NCBI GenBank assembly: GCA_002633005.1
Contig: NMRA01000524.1
Coordinates: 2,953-66,952 of the forward strand
Reading direction: 5' to 3'
DNA length: 64,000 bases
Source: Phoronis australis
Taxonomy: Eukaryota > Animalia > Phoronida
The translations under genes were made by a program, and so were the position numbers. Under the pieces are notes generated by a model. It saw only the letters and a list, made by a program, of their open reading frames with translations, was not told the origin of the DNA and ran no database searches. Numbering within the stretch: the first letter of the stretch is position 1; every line of letters starts with the position of its first letter. Below are positions 12,092 through 23,300 of this stretch, one piece after another.

Positions 12092-14293
12092 CTGAAAAAT
12101 AGAAAACCATGCATTGGTTTGAAGACAGTATGAAACAGTCCCAAAGAGGGACTCAACTAAGTTCCTTAAATCTACTGGATATTTTTGGACTTGTGAAAAC
12201 ATTGATTGCCCTTTCTTTCATTGTTTTAGTTTAATTACTAAATCAACTTTTGACTTTGATACAAATTGAGAGTGACCTCTTCCTTGAATTGTCAATATTA
12301 TCGAAAATAAGTAGGGGTCTTCTTATGCAACACCCTCAACTTAACGACTGAGTCCCTATTTATTTTCAATGAACTCTGGGCTCAGTTTTTAGTTATATTT
12401 TATTAGGAGCTCATATTAAAGATGAAATAATAGAAAAATATTGCATCTGTGAGTCCATAAAGACACAAATATGCCAAAAAGATTAGAGGCCTTATTCTGC
12501 TGAGTCCTTATTTGAGACTTTCATGCAACCAGTCTAGGGATCTGTTTCATGAAAAGTGTCTGAATTCTTAAGAAAGAAATTTGCTCTTATGAAATAGCTG
12601 AAAAAGATTGAGTCAACTCACTGTCAGCATATTAGAGTCTAGTTTGGAAATAATTTAAAGGAAGTTTCTCAGTAACTAGGAGTTATACGTATATTCTCCA
12701 GTGAGATTAAATTGTTTTTCAGAAATATAGTTGTGCGGAGCGTAGGACCAAATTTCAATCTTCGCTTTTCGTAGATGCATATAGTGCATTTGCCTATTGA
12801 ATATTTAGTCCAAACACAAAAAGTCCCGAACAGCATAGCTTTGTTTTTTTGTTTTTGTCCAGCTGGTTGCTTGTACAGTCTGCTCTGAATGGTTTTGAAC
12901 TGTGTTCAAGTAAAACAGACTCACCCATGGAAATCAGTGTTTCTGCACAATTTTGTAGAATTGTGTCAGTTTTTATTGTGTATAACGTGGATTTTATCTA
13001 AGGGAAGTTAGCACTTGAAAATTTTACACAGTCGTTCTAAGGATCATTGGTGTTGAACAATTGTTTCTGCAATTGTATACTCCATTTCAGAGTCGTTCTA
13101 CAACAGTTTGAGTTAGACATCATAAGCTTTGAAAATGCAATAACTGAATAGAACATGGAGGACATTATAAATAGCCACCAGGAGGCATTGTACCAATGGA
13201 ATTTGCCCAAACGTTAACATGTGTGTTTCATTTTTTAGAAAAGCGAAGCTTATTAATAAATTTCATGCAGATCAGTTGCTCAGTAGAGTCAACATAAAGA
13301 GACTAGTTTTAGCCACTGGTTATGAAATAGATATCGAGCAGCACTTTGCAAAAATTTTGAAAACTTCAAAATTCCAGTCCTGGGCCTGGAGTCTGATGCT
13401 ATAGTACTCAAAATTGTACCCAGAATTATTTTCGACTTTTTCTGTTCCTCTTTTGTACAAACTCATGATAAGTGCCTCTTATTCTGTGTGTGACTACATT
13501 ATCATTTACTTAGATGTCAAATCCAATTTTGCACCTGATGACCCCAGTGTTAAAGCTATGAGTTTACACGTGAACTCGAAATTTTTGAGTTTGCAGCTCA
13601 AATCTAGGGGTTATCAAGTGCGAACTGAAAACGTGACACTCATCTACTTCAACCATAATATAAAAGAGCGCACAAAAATAAACAATTCTAAGTCATAATG
13701 ATTTTGAGTTCCATTCTGAGTACACAGATAATACAACAGGCCTTGATTATATTGAAAACTACTTTATTTGGAATACTTTGGATCTTGGTATATCAATCCT
13801 CACAAGGAGCCACACTGCTCTCAACCAACGGCATTATTATAGACTATGCTCTGAAATTCAATTAATTGATTAAGTTTTTTAAATCTCACAGATGTCTTTT
13901 CAAGGTTTGCCAATAGGGGCTACAGGGCTTGCTGAGACTTTTGATTGCACTGATTCACAATAGATGGGGGGGAATAATTCTTGCAAAAAATTACTGGGAA
14001 GTTTCTGCGATTCTAAAATACACAGGACTGCTACCACTGAAAACACTGCATTGATGTGTCAAAAGTATTAACTGAGTTGATAACATGATACTGAGCCCCT
14101 AAAACTTTCTGAGTGCCTGCCCAAAATGTTTGAAAGAAAAGACTTACGTCAAGTTGAGTGTATGAGAAACAAATGACAGCTGGTGAGGAAAGTATTGCAA
14201 TCATGGTGAGAACACCATTATACTGTATCTGTTATTTTCTTTGAAGCAGGACATTGATTGCAAAACACAGTCAAGTCCTTCTTTACAACATAC

Positions 14294-14389
14294 CCGTCAC
14301 TTGCGGGACCCAGTTGAGGTCTGTATCATCCCAATCTTTCTCAAACCATGGTATATCGCTGTCATTCCTATCCTCATCCATCAATGAAT
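14294..14389 (-). CDS. TMEM183: TMEM183-family protein, upstream acidic exon containing the first usable in-frame ATG (14381)
   Basis: ttttttcag|...gacgg|gtatgt, 96 nt, open in the frame required by the next exon: DSLMDEDRNDSDIPWFEKDWDDTDLNWVPQVT. Starting at 14381 gives a 291-aa product. Confidence 0.7.
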
Positions 14390-14445
14390 CTGAAAAAAAG
14401 AACGCTACATGAAAACATACCCCACTTTCACCAACAAATGTTTAA

Positions 14446-15864
14446 AGCTGCATTTTATCTCATTTAGATGTCTAAAAATGAAAATCGGTCTCAATGTTCC
14501 TTACTGTCATTCTATTTCCGTTACAAGATCATAGTAAAAAACATTTATTTAATGAGAAAAAATGCCTAATTCGAAATTCACTTATCAGCCAACTAAATAT
14601 GGCAAAATGCAACTTTAAAAAAATAGAAAGCGTTCATTGTCGATCAAATACCGAACTGTCTAGCTTTCAAAAGCTTTGTTTCCATATGGAATAGTGTTTG
14701 AAACAGCTATTTTAAAACTGTCACAACATTTACACGAATACAGTTTCAGTGTTCATTCCAGAGTGTGCCATTGGTGCACTGAATTAAGTCAAGGATGCGT
14801 AAATTCTTAACGGTCAAGGCCCGCCGGGCACGTCATCATTTCCCGACGGACCACCCTGAATCAAGTTTTCACATGGTTGCGCGGAAGTCCATGGGCAGCG
14901 CAGCACTAAAAAAAGTGGGGGCTATAGCCCCTCAGTCCCCATGTGGTGCACCGCCCATAGACCATGGGCACCGAAGCACTGAAAAAAGTGGGGGGCTATA
15001 GCCCTCCCAGCCCCCTATGGTGCGCCGCCCATGAAGTCACATCTAATTGAAAACATCTGTCTTACTGATAGATTCATAACATAACAGTGCATAAACATCG
15101 GGTTAGGAATAGAGGTCTGAGTAGAGGTCTAAAAATAGTTTTCAAAACATCAGACTAACTTTTCGACTTGACCGAAAAGACAACTGTTTATATGGGCTGG
15201 AATATTTGACAAGGTTGCCTAGTTCGCAAGGCAAGTGACATCTTAATGCATCAGCCAGAAGTACTCATTTGCTTCATTGCTACACTGTACACTTGTAAGT
15301 GAGATACAGGGAAAAATTACCAACTGCAACATCTGAGGAAAGTCTGTATCCACAAACAAGATACATTCCAAGTATGAATGATTTTGACAAGACACAAATC
15401 ACTGGTGTAAATTAGAACTTTCTTTCATTCAGAGAGAGATGTACAGGTGTCAGTCTAAGGAAGTAACCATAGTAAACTCAGAAAAACGATTTATAAATTT
15501 TGAAATCTTTAAAAACAGCTTATGGAGATTCTGAATGCCTCATATCAAAGCTATACATTTCACTCTGTTTAGCTTGGTAAAATTGGTTTCGGAATATTAA
15601 TATTTCTTACTATGCTAGGACTCGTTACCAACAGGAACACTGAAACCACCAAAGATTCAAAATGAGTGAGAAAACACTAAAGACTTTGTTGGAGTCTGCC
15701 AACCTTAAAATTCTGCCAAAATGATGGCGGATTGCCTGTGATTTGATTAGATAATGGAAATAGTATCCAATCACAGTAAGGAATAATAAGAGACCAGTTT
15801 TATGAGAGTTCAAGGTCCAATTGGATTATGGTTTTTAGCCAGCTAAAAATGGGGAAATGCAGCT
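14446..15864. mobile_element. Non-autonomous DNA transposon with TTAA TSD (Kolobok-like) in a TMEM183 intron
   Basis: ttaa|agctgcattt at 14442 and aaatgcagct|ttaa ending at 15868. Subterminal arms align in inverted orientation (ggtctc...ttccttactgt.att...ctatttcc). Similar fragments occur near 7630, 47060 and 47760. Confidence 0.6.
14890..15033. mobile_element. Head-to-tail dimer of a ~70-bp MITE with 5-bp TSD AAGTC
   Basis: Two units of catgggca.cg.agcact.aaaaaagtggggg(g)ctatagccc...tggtgc.ccgcccat. AAGTC lies at 14885-14889 and 15034-15038. Confidence 0.75.
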
Positions 15865-15994
15865 TTAATGCTGATTGTTTTCAGTTATACGGAAAGAAGC
15901 AACAATTCTAGTAGTCATGAGAAAACTCCTAATATGCTAAGAGTGCACGCTTTCTCATCCACTTGCGTACAAAGTGTATTAGCCTAAGATTTAC

Positions 15995-16111
15995 CTAATG
16001 GTGTTTGGCGTGGGCCTCTTACTCCAACACGGGTCAAGTGTTCCTTGTTATTTTCTTACTTCTTTGTTTCGATTAGATAAACAACACGTATCATATGTCA
16101 TCTACATCTGT
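15995..16111 (-). other. Candidate 5' (probably untranslated) exon of the TMEM183 gene
   Basis: Good acceptor (gttcttccacag) and donor (ttag|gtaaat). The phase is compatible with the next exon, but the frame has a TAA at 16056-16058. Confidence 0.4.
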
Positions 16112-17593
16112 CTGTGGAAGAACACCAAAACAAGATTGACCTACTTGAATAGTGAGGCTACACTGAACTACTAAATTTTATGGGTGGATTTTTCATTTGG
16201 ATACCATTCTTAACTGATTTTTAAGCTACTAATGAATCTGGCAATACATTCCAATGCTTATGAAGTGGTTGTTGCACGTTGTTTATAGACCAGAAACGCT
16301 CGCAGCCAGGTAGCTAGTCAGTACGAAGACTAACGTCAAAATACAGATAGGAACCACTGTGTGTTAACCTCACATAGGCCTTTACATTTCACACTGGTTG
16401 AGAAGATCTGCTCGTCATCTTGTGGTGAAACAGATATCAATAGGTGGCGGCGGTGCATGTAAAATTAGCGTGTCAACCGGCAATCACCTTGCACGACAAT
16501 CACCTTGCCCGTTACATACATTAAATTGAAAATTAATGTAATCTTCATGGATGTAATTCTCCGGCTTTTGTCACAAAGAAAACTCTGTTGTCGACTTGAC
16601 AGTATGCTCATGACACTTGCTAATTTACTGTGACATCTTGTGCGAAATGATGACAGCTTTGCCAAAGCACATTTATAAATGCACACCTGTTTTTAAGGCC
16701 TAAACTTTTCATTTAGGCCAAATGCAACTTCTTCCCTTAAAATACTGTAACATGATTTTAACACCCAAAAATGGCTTGTAGAAAAACTCCAGGTAGGGAG
16801 TAGGTTGTCGAAAGTCGTTACGTTCTACGACTGCAGCTGAAAACATATCAGAGGCCAAACTACTCCGGGCATCCACCCAGAACCATATATCACTGCTTAT
16901 AAAGAATGAGCAATGTAACTGTGGGGTTTCTTGACTAATTTTTCGAAGAAATCGATGATTGTATGGAACCGTACCTCAATAGTCTTGCTTAAGGAAAAGT
17001 AAACAAAACGAAGCAATGAAATTGGGCTTGCTTTGATGACTACAACTTTCGATCAAAACTCAGTTGAGCAGACAGCCGGGAATTCTCAGTGTAAAGTGTC
17101 ACGTCTAGTCTGCAAGGTGACTTATGTCAGGTGCGGGAGTTAGCATTCCACTCCATTCCAGGGCTAGAGTTCTACGACTTATCTATCGTTTACTCAAGGA
17201 AGAGTGTAGTTTTCACTTATACATTTGGGTCAGATTTTATTTGACCAGTTTTTTACCCACATCGGCACAAAGCTGTAAATTTAGCATGCACTTTTGCACC
17301 AAGGGCTGTAGTGTATAGCTCGAGTTGGTGTTACTGTCTTGGCTGTCCTTTGAGCTGAGGAATGAATAACACCACTCCAGACCCAAATATTCCAACTAAT
17401 TGGTCACTTGTAAGCCCATAACCTTTACCTGTTGATGACTCACTATAGATGTACACAACCTTGTTCTCTAACTGGTGTTTCTGTCCCAACTCAACTGTGA
17501 TCTTAGCCAATAGTTTAAGGGTTGGTTTACCGACTACCCTTTCTGGGCTGAGTTTCTCCAACTAAGTAAACAGAACTTTCTTGTTTTTCATGT

Positions 17594-17662
17594 CAGCGCC
17601 ACCTTGCGGATCGACAGAAAAGACAAAATGCATTGTGGGATTGGCATTGAAAGAAAAATGGC
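17594..17662. promoter_or_regulatory. Housekeeping-type promoter motif cluster (CTCF-like, ZNF143/Staf, CCAAT, YY1-like); likely TMEM183 promoter
   Basis: Reverse-strand CCGCAAGGTGGCGCTG (17594-17609), TCCCACAATGCAT (17628-17640) and CCAATC (17639-17644), plus AAAATGGC (17655-17662), all within 70 bp upstream of the TMEM183 exons. Confidence 0.5.
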
Positions 17663-18259
17663 TTCCTTTTAACGATCTGGCGAGTGGAGATGACTGAAAA
17701 AATGCACGTTTCTCTTTATTTTGTGCGTGGATTATTATGAAAATCGCTTCGACTGATAGAGGAACATTTTTCTATCATTTAAAAGATTGAAATGGTGGAG
17801 TTACTCATTTGATCGCAGGTAATGTGTGGTATATCTATGTATTAGTGCAACTTGTGAAGTGTACTCAATCGTTGTCATTCATTGAGGTGATGAATCAACG
17901 TAGTGCTGTCAAAAGACAGTTGGCTCTCACTGTACAGATTTGTCAACCAAAGCTTTTCAAAGACAGTTTCAATGTTTTACCTTCGAAAAATACCTAGATT
18001 ATAAAGGAATCATCGTTCTATTCAGGTGACCTTCACGAAAATCCAGAGTCCCAAAATCAATGACGATTGACAGATTGAAAGAAAACCTGATGCTTAACTC
18101 ATCTTAAAATCCACAGACGGTCCACTTTTAAATGGTCTTGGTGCATGCCCTTGACCCCATGTCAAATGCACATAAATTCTATTCAACTTGCCAACTGTTG
18201 GACCTGTCCCAGTCAGTGAGACACTGAGTGAGGGGGACGCAGTGGTCACAGTCACGCCT

Positions 18260-18380
18260 GGCTCTGGCCGGATAGAGCGGTCCCTGATTTAGAGAACCAG
18301 GCAATCACTGAAGAACGGGATCGTTATTTAGTGGATGAAGTGGTTCTCTAAATCAGGGACCGCTCTATCCAACCAGTGCC
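18260..18380. mobile_element. 121-bp hairpin MITE, Mutator-like (40-bp TIR, degenerate 9-bp TSD)
   Basis: Perfect 30-bp inverted repeat at 18270-18299 / 18341-18370, extending imperfectly to GG...CC ends. The flanks gtcacgcct and ctcacgccc match at 7 of 9 positions. Confidence 0.7.
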
Positions 18381-19274
18381 CTCACGCCCAAGGTTTGTGA
18401 CTGCCTTCTGACAGAACTTGCAATGGGCTCGTGATTAAAAATAGCTCCATCAGGGCACCAGGTCATGGCTGTTTTTGAAAATATAAAGTGTTGCCGAATA
18501 TCGAAGCATATCGGCCCCAAAATGAAGGCACTGGCATCCCTGACATTTGCCAGCATTCTTACCTCATGTAATTAGATCTTGCCAAGTCTAAAAGCAATGA
18601 AGACATTGTTCTCCATGACGTGTTTCAACTTGCTGCCATGACCTATTGGCTGGCACTTGTGACATGTTGAAAGACCCGCCTCCTGCATGAAAAAATGACA
18701 GTTTCAAGAAAAGGTGGCACCACAGCTTTCTATTAGGCTGTGCATGGGCTTCAACTAGGCAGGTACAATTTAAATAATGCAACTACATAGATTTTCAGCT
18801 GCTGAACGCTTCAGGCATTTTTCTTGGTGTTAGAGCTCCCAATATGCTTGCAATCTCAGTTGCGAAAAACACTGGTTGTTGATAATGATGATAATGCCTG
18901 CTTTCCAAACTGGCGGCTATTCTGTCTCATAGATCATTGGCATTTCAAACATGTTGCAGGTACGTCAAACAGGTTTCGGCTCCGTTTTAAAGATAGGTCG
19001 TGCAGAATGTTGATGCTATTGTTGTCACCTGTCAGAATTCACTTTTGGCTGTTTCGGGCAGGTTTTCTTTCACTGCCATACAGCCAACTGTAAAGCTAAG
19101 GCTGGTTTTGGCAATTTATTAAGACGGTCAGTAATCGCAGTAATCGAAGTAAACAAAATCAAGGGACCCTGATCTTGCAGCTAAGCCCAAACCAGTACAG
19201 TGCACAGAATGCGTGTGCAAGTGGAAGCGATGTGATCGATAAACTTGCAACCAAGCTTGCGCATTGATGCCCTT

Positions 19275-19412
19275 ACACGGAATTCCGTGTTTCGTTCAGC
19301 ATGTTTCCACAGGGCCACTTTTCAGTATAGGTGGCGCTGTGTCAAAGGATAAATTCTAAATTGGTTTTGAGTGACGTCACTGAGCACTGACAAGGCTGTT
19401 TACTTAGATTGG
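19275..19412. promoter_or_regulatory. Candidate promoter (possibly liprin-alpha): 16-bp palindrome, CRE, two inverted CCAAT boxes
   Basis: ACACGGAATTCCGTGT (19275-19290), GTGACGTCAC (19371-19380), ATTGG at 19360 and 19408. Followed by a CpG-richer stretch and a possible donor ctag|gtatac at 19729/19730. Confidence 0.35.
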
Positions 19413-22400
19413 GCAATGATACTGCATAAAAACACAGATTTTGTTTAACACCAGATGGAGCTACTCTTCTTTACCAGAAGAAGATTTGCGTGCAGTCAAG
19501 GAGACATCGCCTCATTTTCGTGAATGTTCAGACTTTAGCAAGAGACTATTATATTGTTATGGATGCGATTTTGATTTCTCATTCTTGTTTAGCGACGACG
19601 TCAGCGACAAGTGGCGAATCGTTGCAACATTAGCGGAGCACAAGCTCATTGGGTCAGGAGCAGCCGGGACCTTGTGTTACTTGGTCTAGTGCTCTATTAT
19701 CTGCTGGTATACCCAGCTTTTGAACCTAGGTATACTGAGTCGTTGTCTGTTGAAAAAACCACTGTGCCACATTGACACTGTTGTCTTGTATTCTGGTATT
19801 GTTAACACTTAGCATAAAATCAACTCACCAAATGCGTCCTGACAAAATTGCCAGATTACTAGGTGGGAATGGAGGTTGTCAAACCTCATTGCTGAAAATG
19901 AAATAAAATGATACCTGAAGAAAAATCCGGCGAACAGAACATTGGATTGCCTCGCATGATCAGTGACTCCCAGTTTCTCCTCAGAAGTTATCAGTATCCC
20001 TGGCACAGGCTTATCCTTGGGGCAGGTAAAGGCAATGGGCACAGGTTACCTGAGCGTGTCTCACCTGCGGGGCCTTCTGGTTTTTGTTGAACTGTTATGA
20101 CTTTTGCGTGTTTACTTTCTGTTGTGATGGTTGGATATGTGCGTGCTTCCTAGCCATTATTGTTCCTTGTGCGATTGACATTTTGCGAACATGCTAGCCA
20201 AAGTCTGTGTTTGTCACCTGATCTAAATTCTGACTTCAAATCCACGATGGTATGCTATGTTGAGGCAGTGATAGCTAATTTACTTTGAACCATGTTGTTG
20301 ATTAAAACATCAACTTTTTGCACAGGCATATGTGCTCTTCCAAAGCAATGTCATTGCATTTGTATTCTTTGTTTGAATTGCAAGTAATTTAATAAATCAC
20401 TGGAATTCTCTTGTTGGCCTTACTGCCTTGGCGACTGAAGCTAACTGGCTTTATAGTACACCTAGTATATAATATGACCCTTGTCTGTAACTTTCTTTAA
20501 GTTCTTTTTACCCTAGAAATCATTTCATAGCTGTTGTAATGAACAAGATCAGATCAGCTTTTTATGTATTAGTAATGATAAAAGGCATGCGTTTATTGCC
20601 CCTTAAATGGGAGAGGATGTGGAACACGTTTCAGTTTACATCTTGTGTAGCAAGTCTTTTTTCTGGTGATCAAGGTAACATAGGGCTTCATTCAGGATTT
20701 GAAACTATAGGATCACAAACTTGCTGACATGGCATTGTTGTTATTGACATCATGCAACCAAGAAAAAGATATAAAATTTGACATTTACCATATTACATTC
20801 GACTTCAGAATCAACAGCATCACACATGTCATTTACAAATTTTGGATTAAATTCAACACCAGTTACGATGCAGATGCAAATTAATCCCAGTCAAGTTTAC
20901 TAATCAGTTGAGCAATAATAATTTGCATGTGTGCAGTTCTTTAGTTCGGTCTTTTTTGTAATGTTATGACATCGTGTTATGTGAAGATGGTGGTGTCGTT
21001 TTCAAAGGTGTGTAATTTGAGATGATGCTAGATACAGGCGTGGTGCCTGATTTTTTGGAAATATTTTTGGGATGGAGTGAAATAGATAGGGTGCGATGAG
21101 GTGGGATGGGGGTTTGGAGTGAAGTGAGCTCCCTGATAACCTTGTGCTGATCTGCCCATAACCAAGTGATTCAACACATTGCTGACATCGATGTCCTCCA
21201 CAAGCTGTTTTGACTAGTAACTGTGTCCGGTTGAGTTTGAATTTTGCCATGACGAGTTTGGCTCACTTGCGTCGAGTTTAAAAAACCTGTGCAATGAGTT
21301 TGAAATATTGGGAGATTAGCCATTTCCTAAGAAAAATATGACGTTTTGGACTTTTTTTACCAGTTCAATGCATTTGTTTCAAGACTTTTAAGTCGTGGAA
21401 TAAATTCGCTAAAACATACAAACTATCCACAGTATAGACATTAACTTTTGAACACATGTACATGAACTTTGAAATTCAAGTCGAGTTTGAATTTTCTGTT
21501 GTGGAGAACACTGGACGTGGTAATTTCATTCAGGACTAGGGTCTCATTTAATGTTAAGTAGGCCTGGGATAAAATCTCAATAAAGTCTAAAACAGTTATG
21601 TCGGAAAATGAAATTCTATTATCCGGAATCCGTTTTCTACATAAAAAGTAAGTAGCACGAAATAAGTGCTTAATCATTTTCAAGTTCTGCTCCACATCTT
21701 CTCATGAATGATTTTTAAAAAATTGTGAGCATTCACAACAGATTAGAGATCCCCTTAAAAGTGGAAATTTTGTCTTATTTTTATCCGATTGTAGTGAGAT
21801 TTTACGGCATGGATTGCTTTGTGATTCTTAATTTTTCCAGAAACCTAAAATATTCGTAAGATATGCTAAAGGTGGCCTACTTTCTTGCAGTTCGGAATAT
21901 AGCCATGTCTTTGGGTTCTCAACTAAATATTCAAATACCAGCCTTAAAAATGTCTTGAAGCAACCTCCTACTGGCCAATGGTTGCCTGCAATGTTCAATT
22001 GTGAAACCTGCCGAGTCTGTAATTTCTACAGTGTGACTTCCCTACAGATGTCATTTCAAATCAAATGTGAGTCTTTGTATTTATGTGCAAGGAAAACACG
22101 GTTAGAACCTATTGATTTTAGTCTGAGATACAGAGTCGACCAAGTCGTAAGCTTTAAGGTGTTCTCTGAATTTACGTTACGTAATTCATGTGTGCTCCAA
22201 AGTTCTTGATAGGGATTAAATGCCCACAGACAGTGTTAAAAAGGTTTCTGTGGGTTTACAGGCATTGTATAGTACAGAAGTTCGCAGGATTAAAACGATT
22301 TTTAAAGTGCAAGTTACCCCCAAATAGCTTATGGTTGATAGCATGGGAAAGTGATCACTTTTATAGGATTCTTCCTTCACATGTGCTGTGTGACGTATAA

Positions 22401-22989
22401 AATTTCAGAGTGTAAGATTTGAAAACTTAGACCATGTTTCGTACTGACTACATTGACATGTTTGAAAACGTAGGAATTTGAATATTTTTGGACCATTGCT
22501 TATGTTGCCTTGTTTCCTGGTTTCTATAGTTACCTGATATTCCAAATTTGGCTAAAACATCCGAAATGGTTGATGAGATTCAAATGAAACTTTCAGATGC
22601 TTTACTTTTTGCACTGCTCTCCAAAATGCTGTTAGGATTTGTTTAGTATTTTTTTTTCAAGTATTCCAGTTTTGCATGAGGGGCTATCAAAAATGGACTT
22701 CAAGGATTTTTATAAGAAAAATCCAAAACAAAAACGAAACCATTAGTTAGAAAACTGATGTTGTAGTGAGATCACCTTGAACATTTATCAAAAAATAACT
22801 GATAGTGTTGTGTTGTGCAATACACATTTACCTTTATTTTTGTTTATTGTTTGATGTTTTAGTACAAAGACATGTTTACGTAACCTTAACGTAATTAATG
22901 TCAGATGGGTATAAAGTAAAAAGTCAAATTCTACTGGATTTCTTAGTTGAGAAATATGTTCTTTTACCGAGTTCAAATTCTATTGTTCT

Positions 22990-23300
22990 ATAGTTGTTTG
23001 GAGAAATGCACACGCTTGCCCATAAGGTCTCCTAATATTAAAAACGAAGGATGACCTGGGACATGCTGCTGTAAAATCTCGCCAGTTGAGGACGCTATAG
23101 GGTGGACAAATGAAATTTATTTTTCTATGTTTTGCAAAAGATAGGTAGCACTTCTTTAACATTTTTAAGATCTGATCATAGCTACCATCAGAGAATAATT
23201 TCAAGAAATTATGGGTATTCATACCAATGTTAGAAACCTATGAAAAGTGAAGAAAGAGCAATTTCGGCAATTATTTTTGTCAGCAATTGAGGAGATCTTA
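22990..23300 (-). repeat. Abundant AT-rich interspersed repeat family (one representative copy)
   Basis: The reverse complement aligns with 33870-34200 (aaaataat.gcc.aaatt...aacattg..gtgaat...tctgatggtagc...tcctaaattggcga). Further diverged copies lie near 8050-8220, 33270-33450, 39340-39590, 51930-52140, 58850-58960 and 62190-62460. Confidence 0.7.

Noticed and set aside
17331-17561. 76-aa minus-strand ORF as the TMEM183 first exon
   Set aside because: Non-ATG start, the upstream ATG is closed by a stop, and there is no similarity to recalled TMEM183 N-termini.
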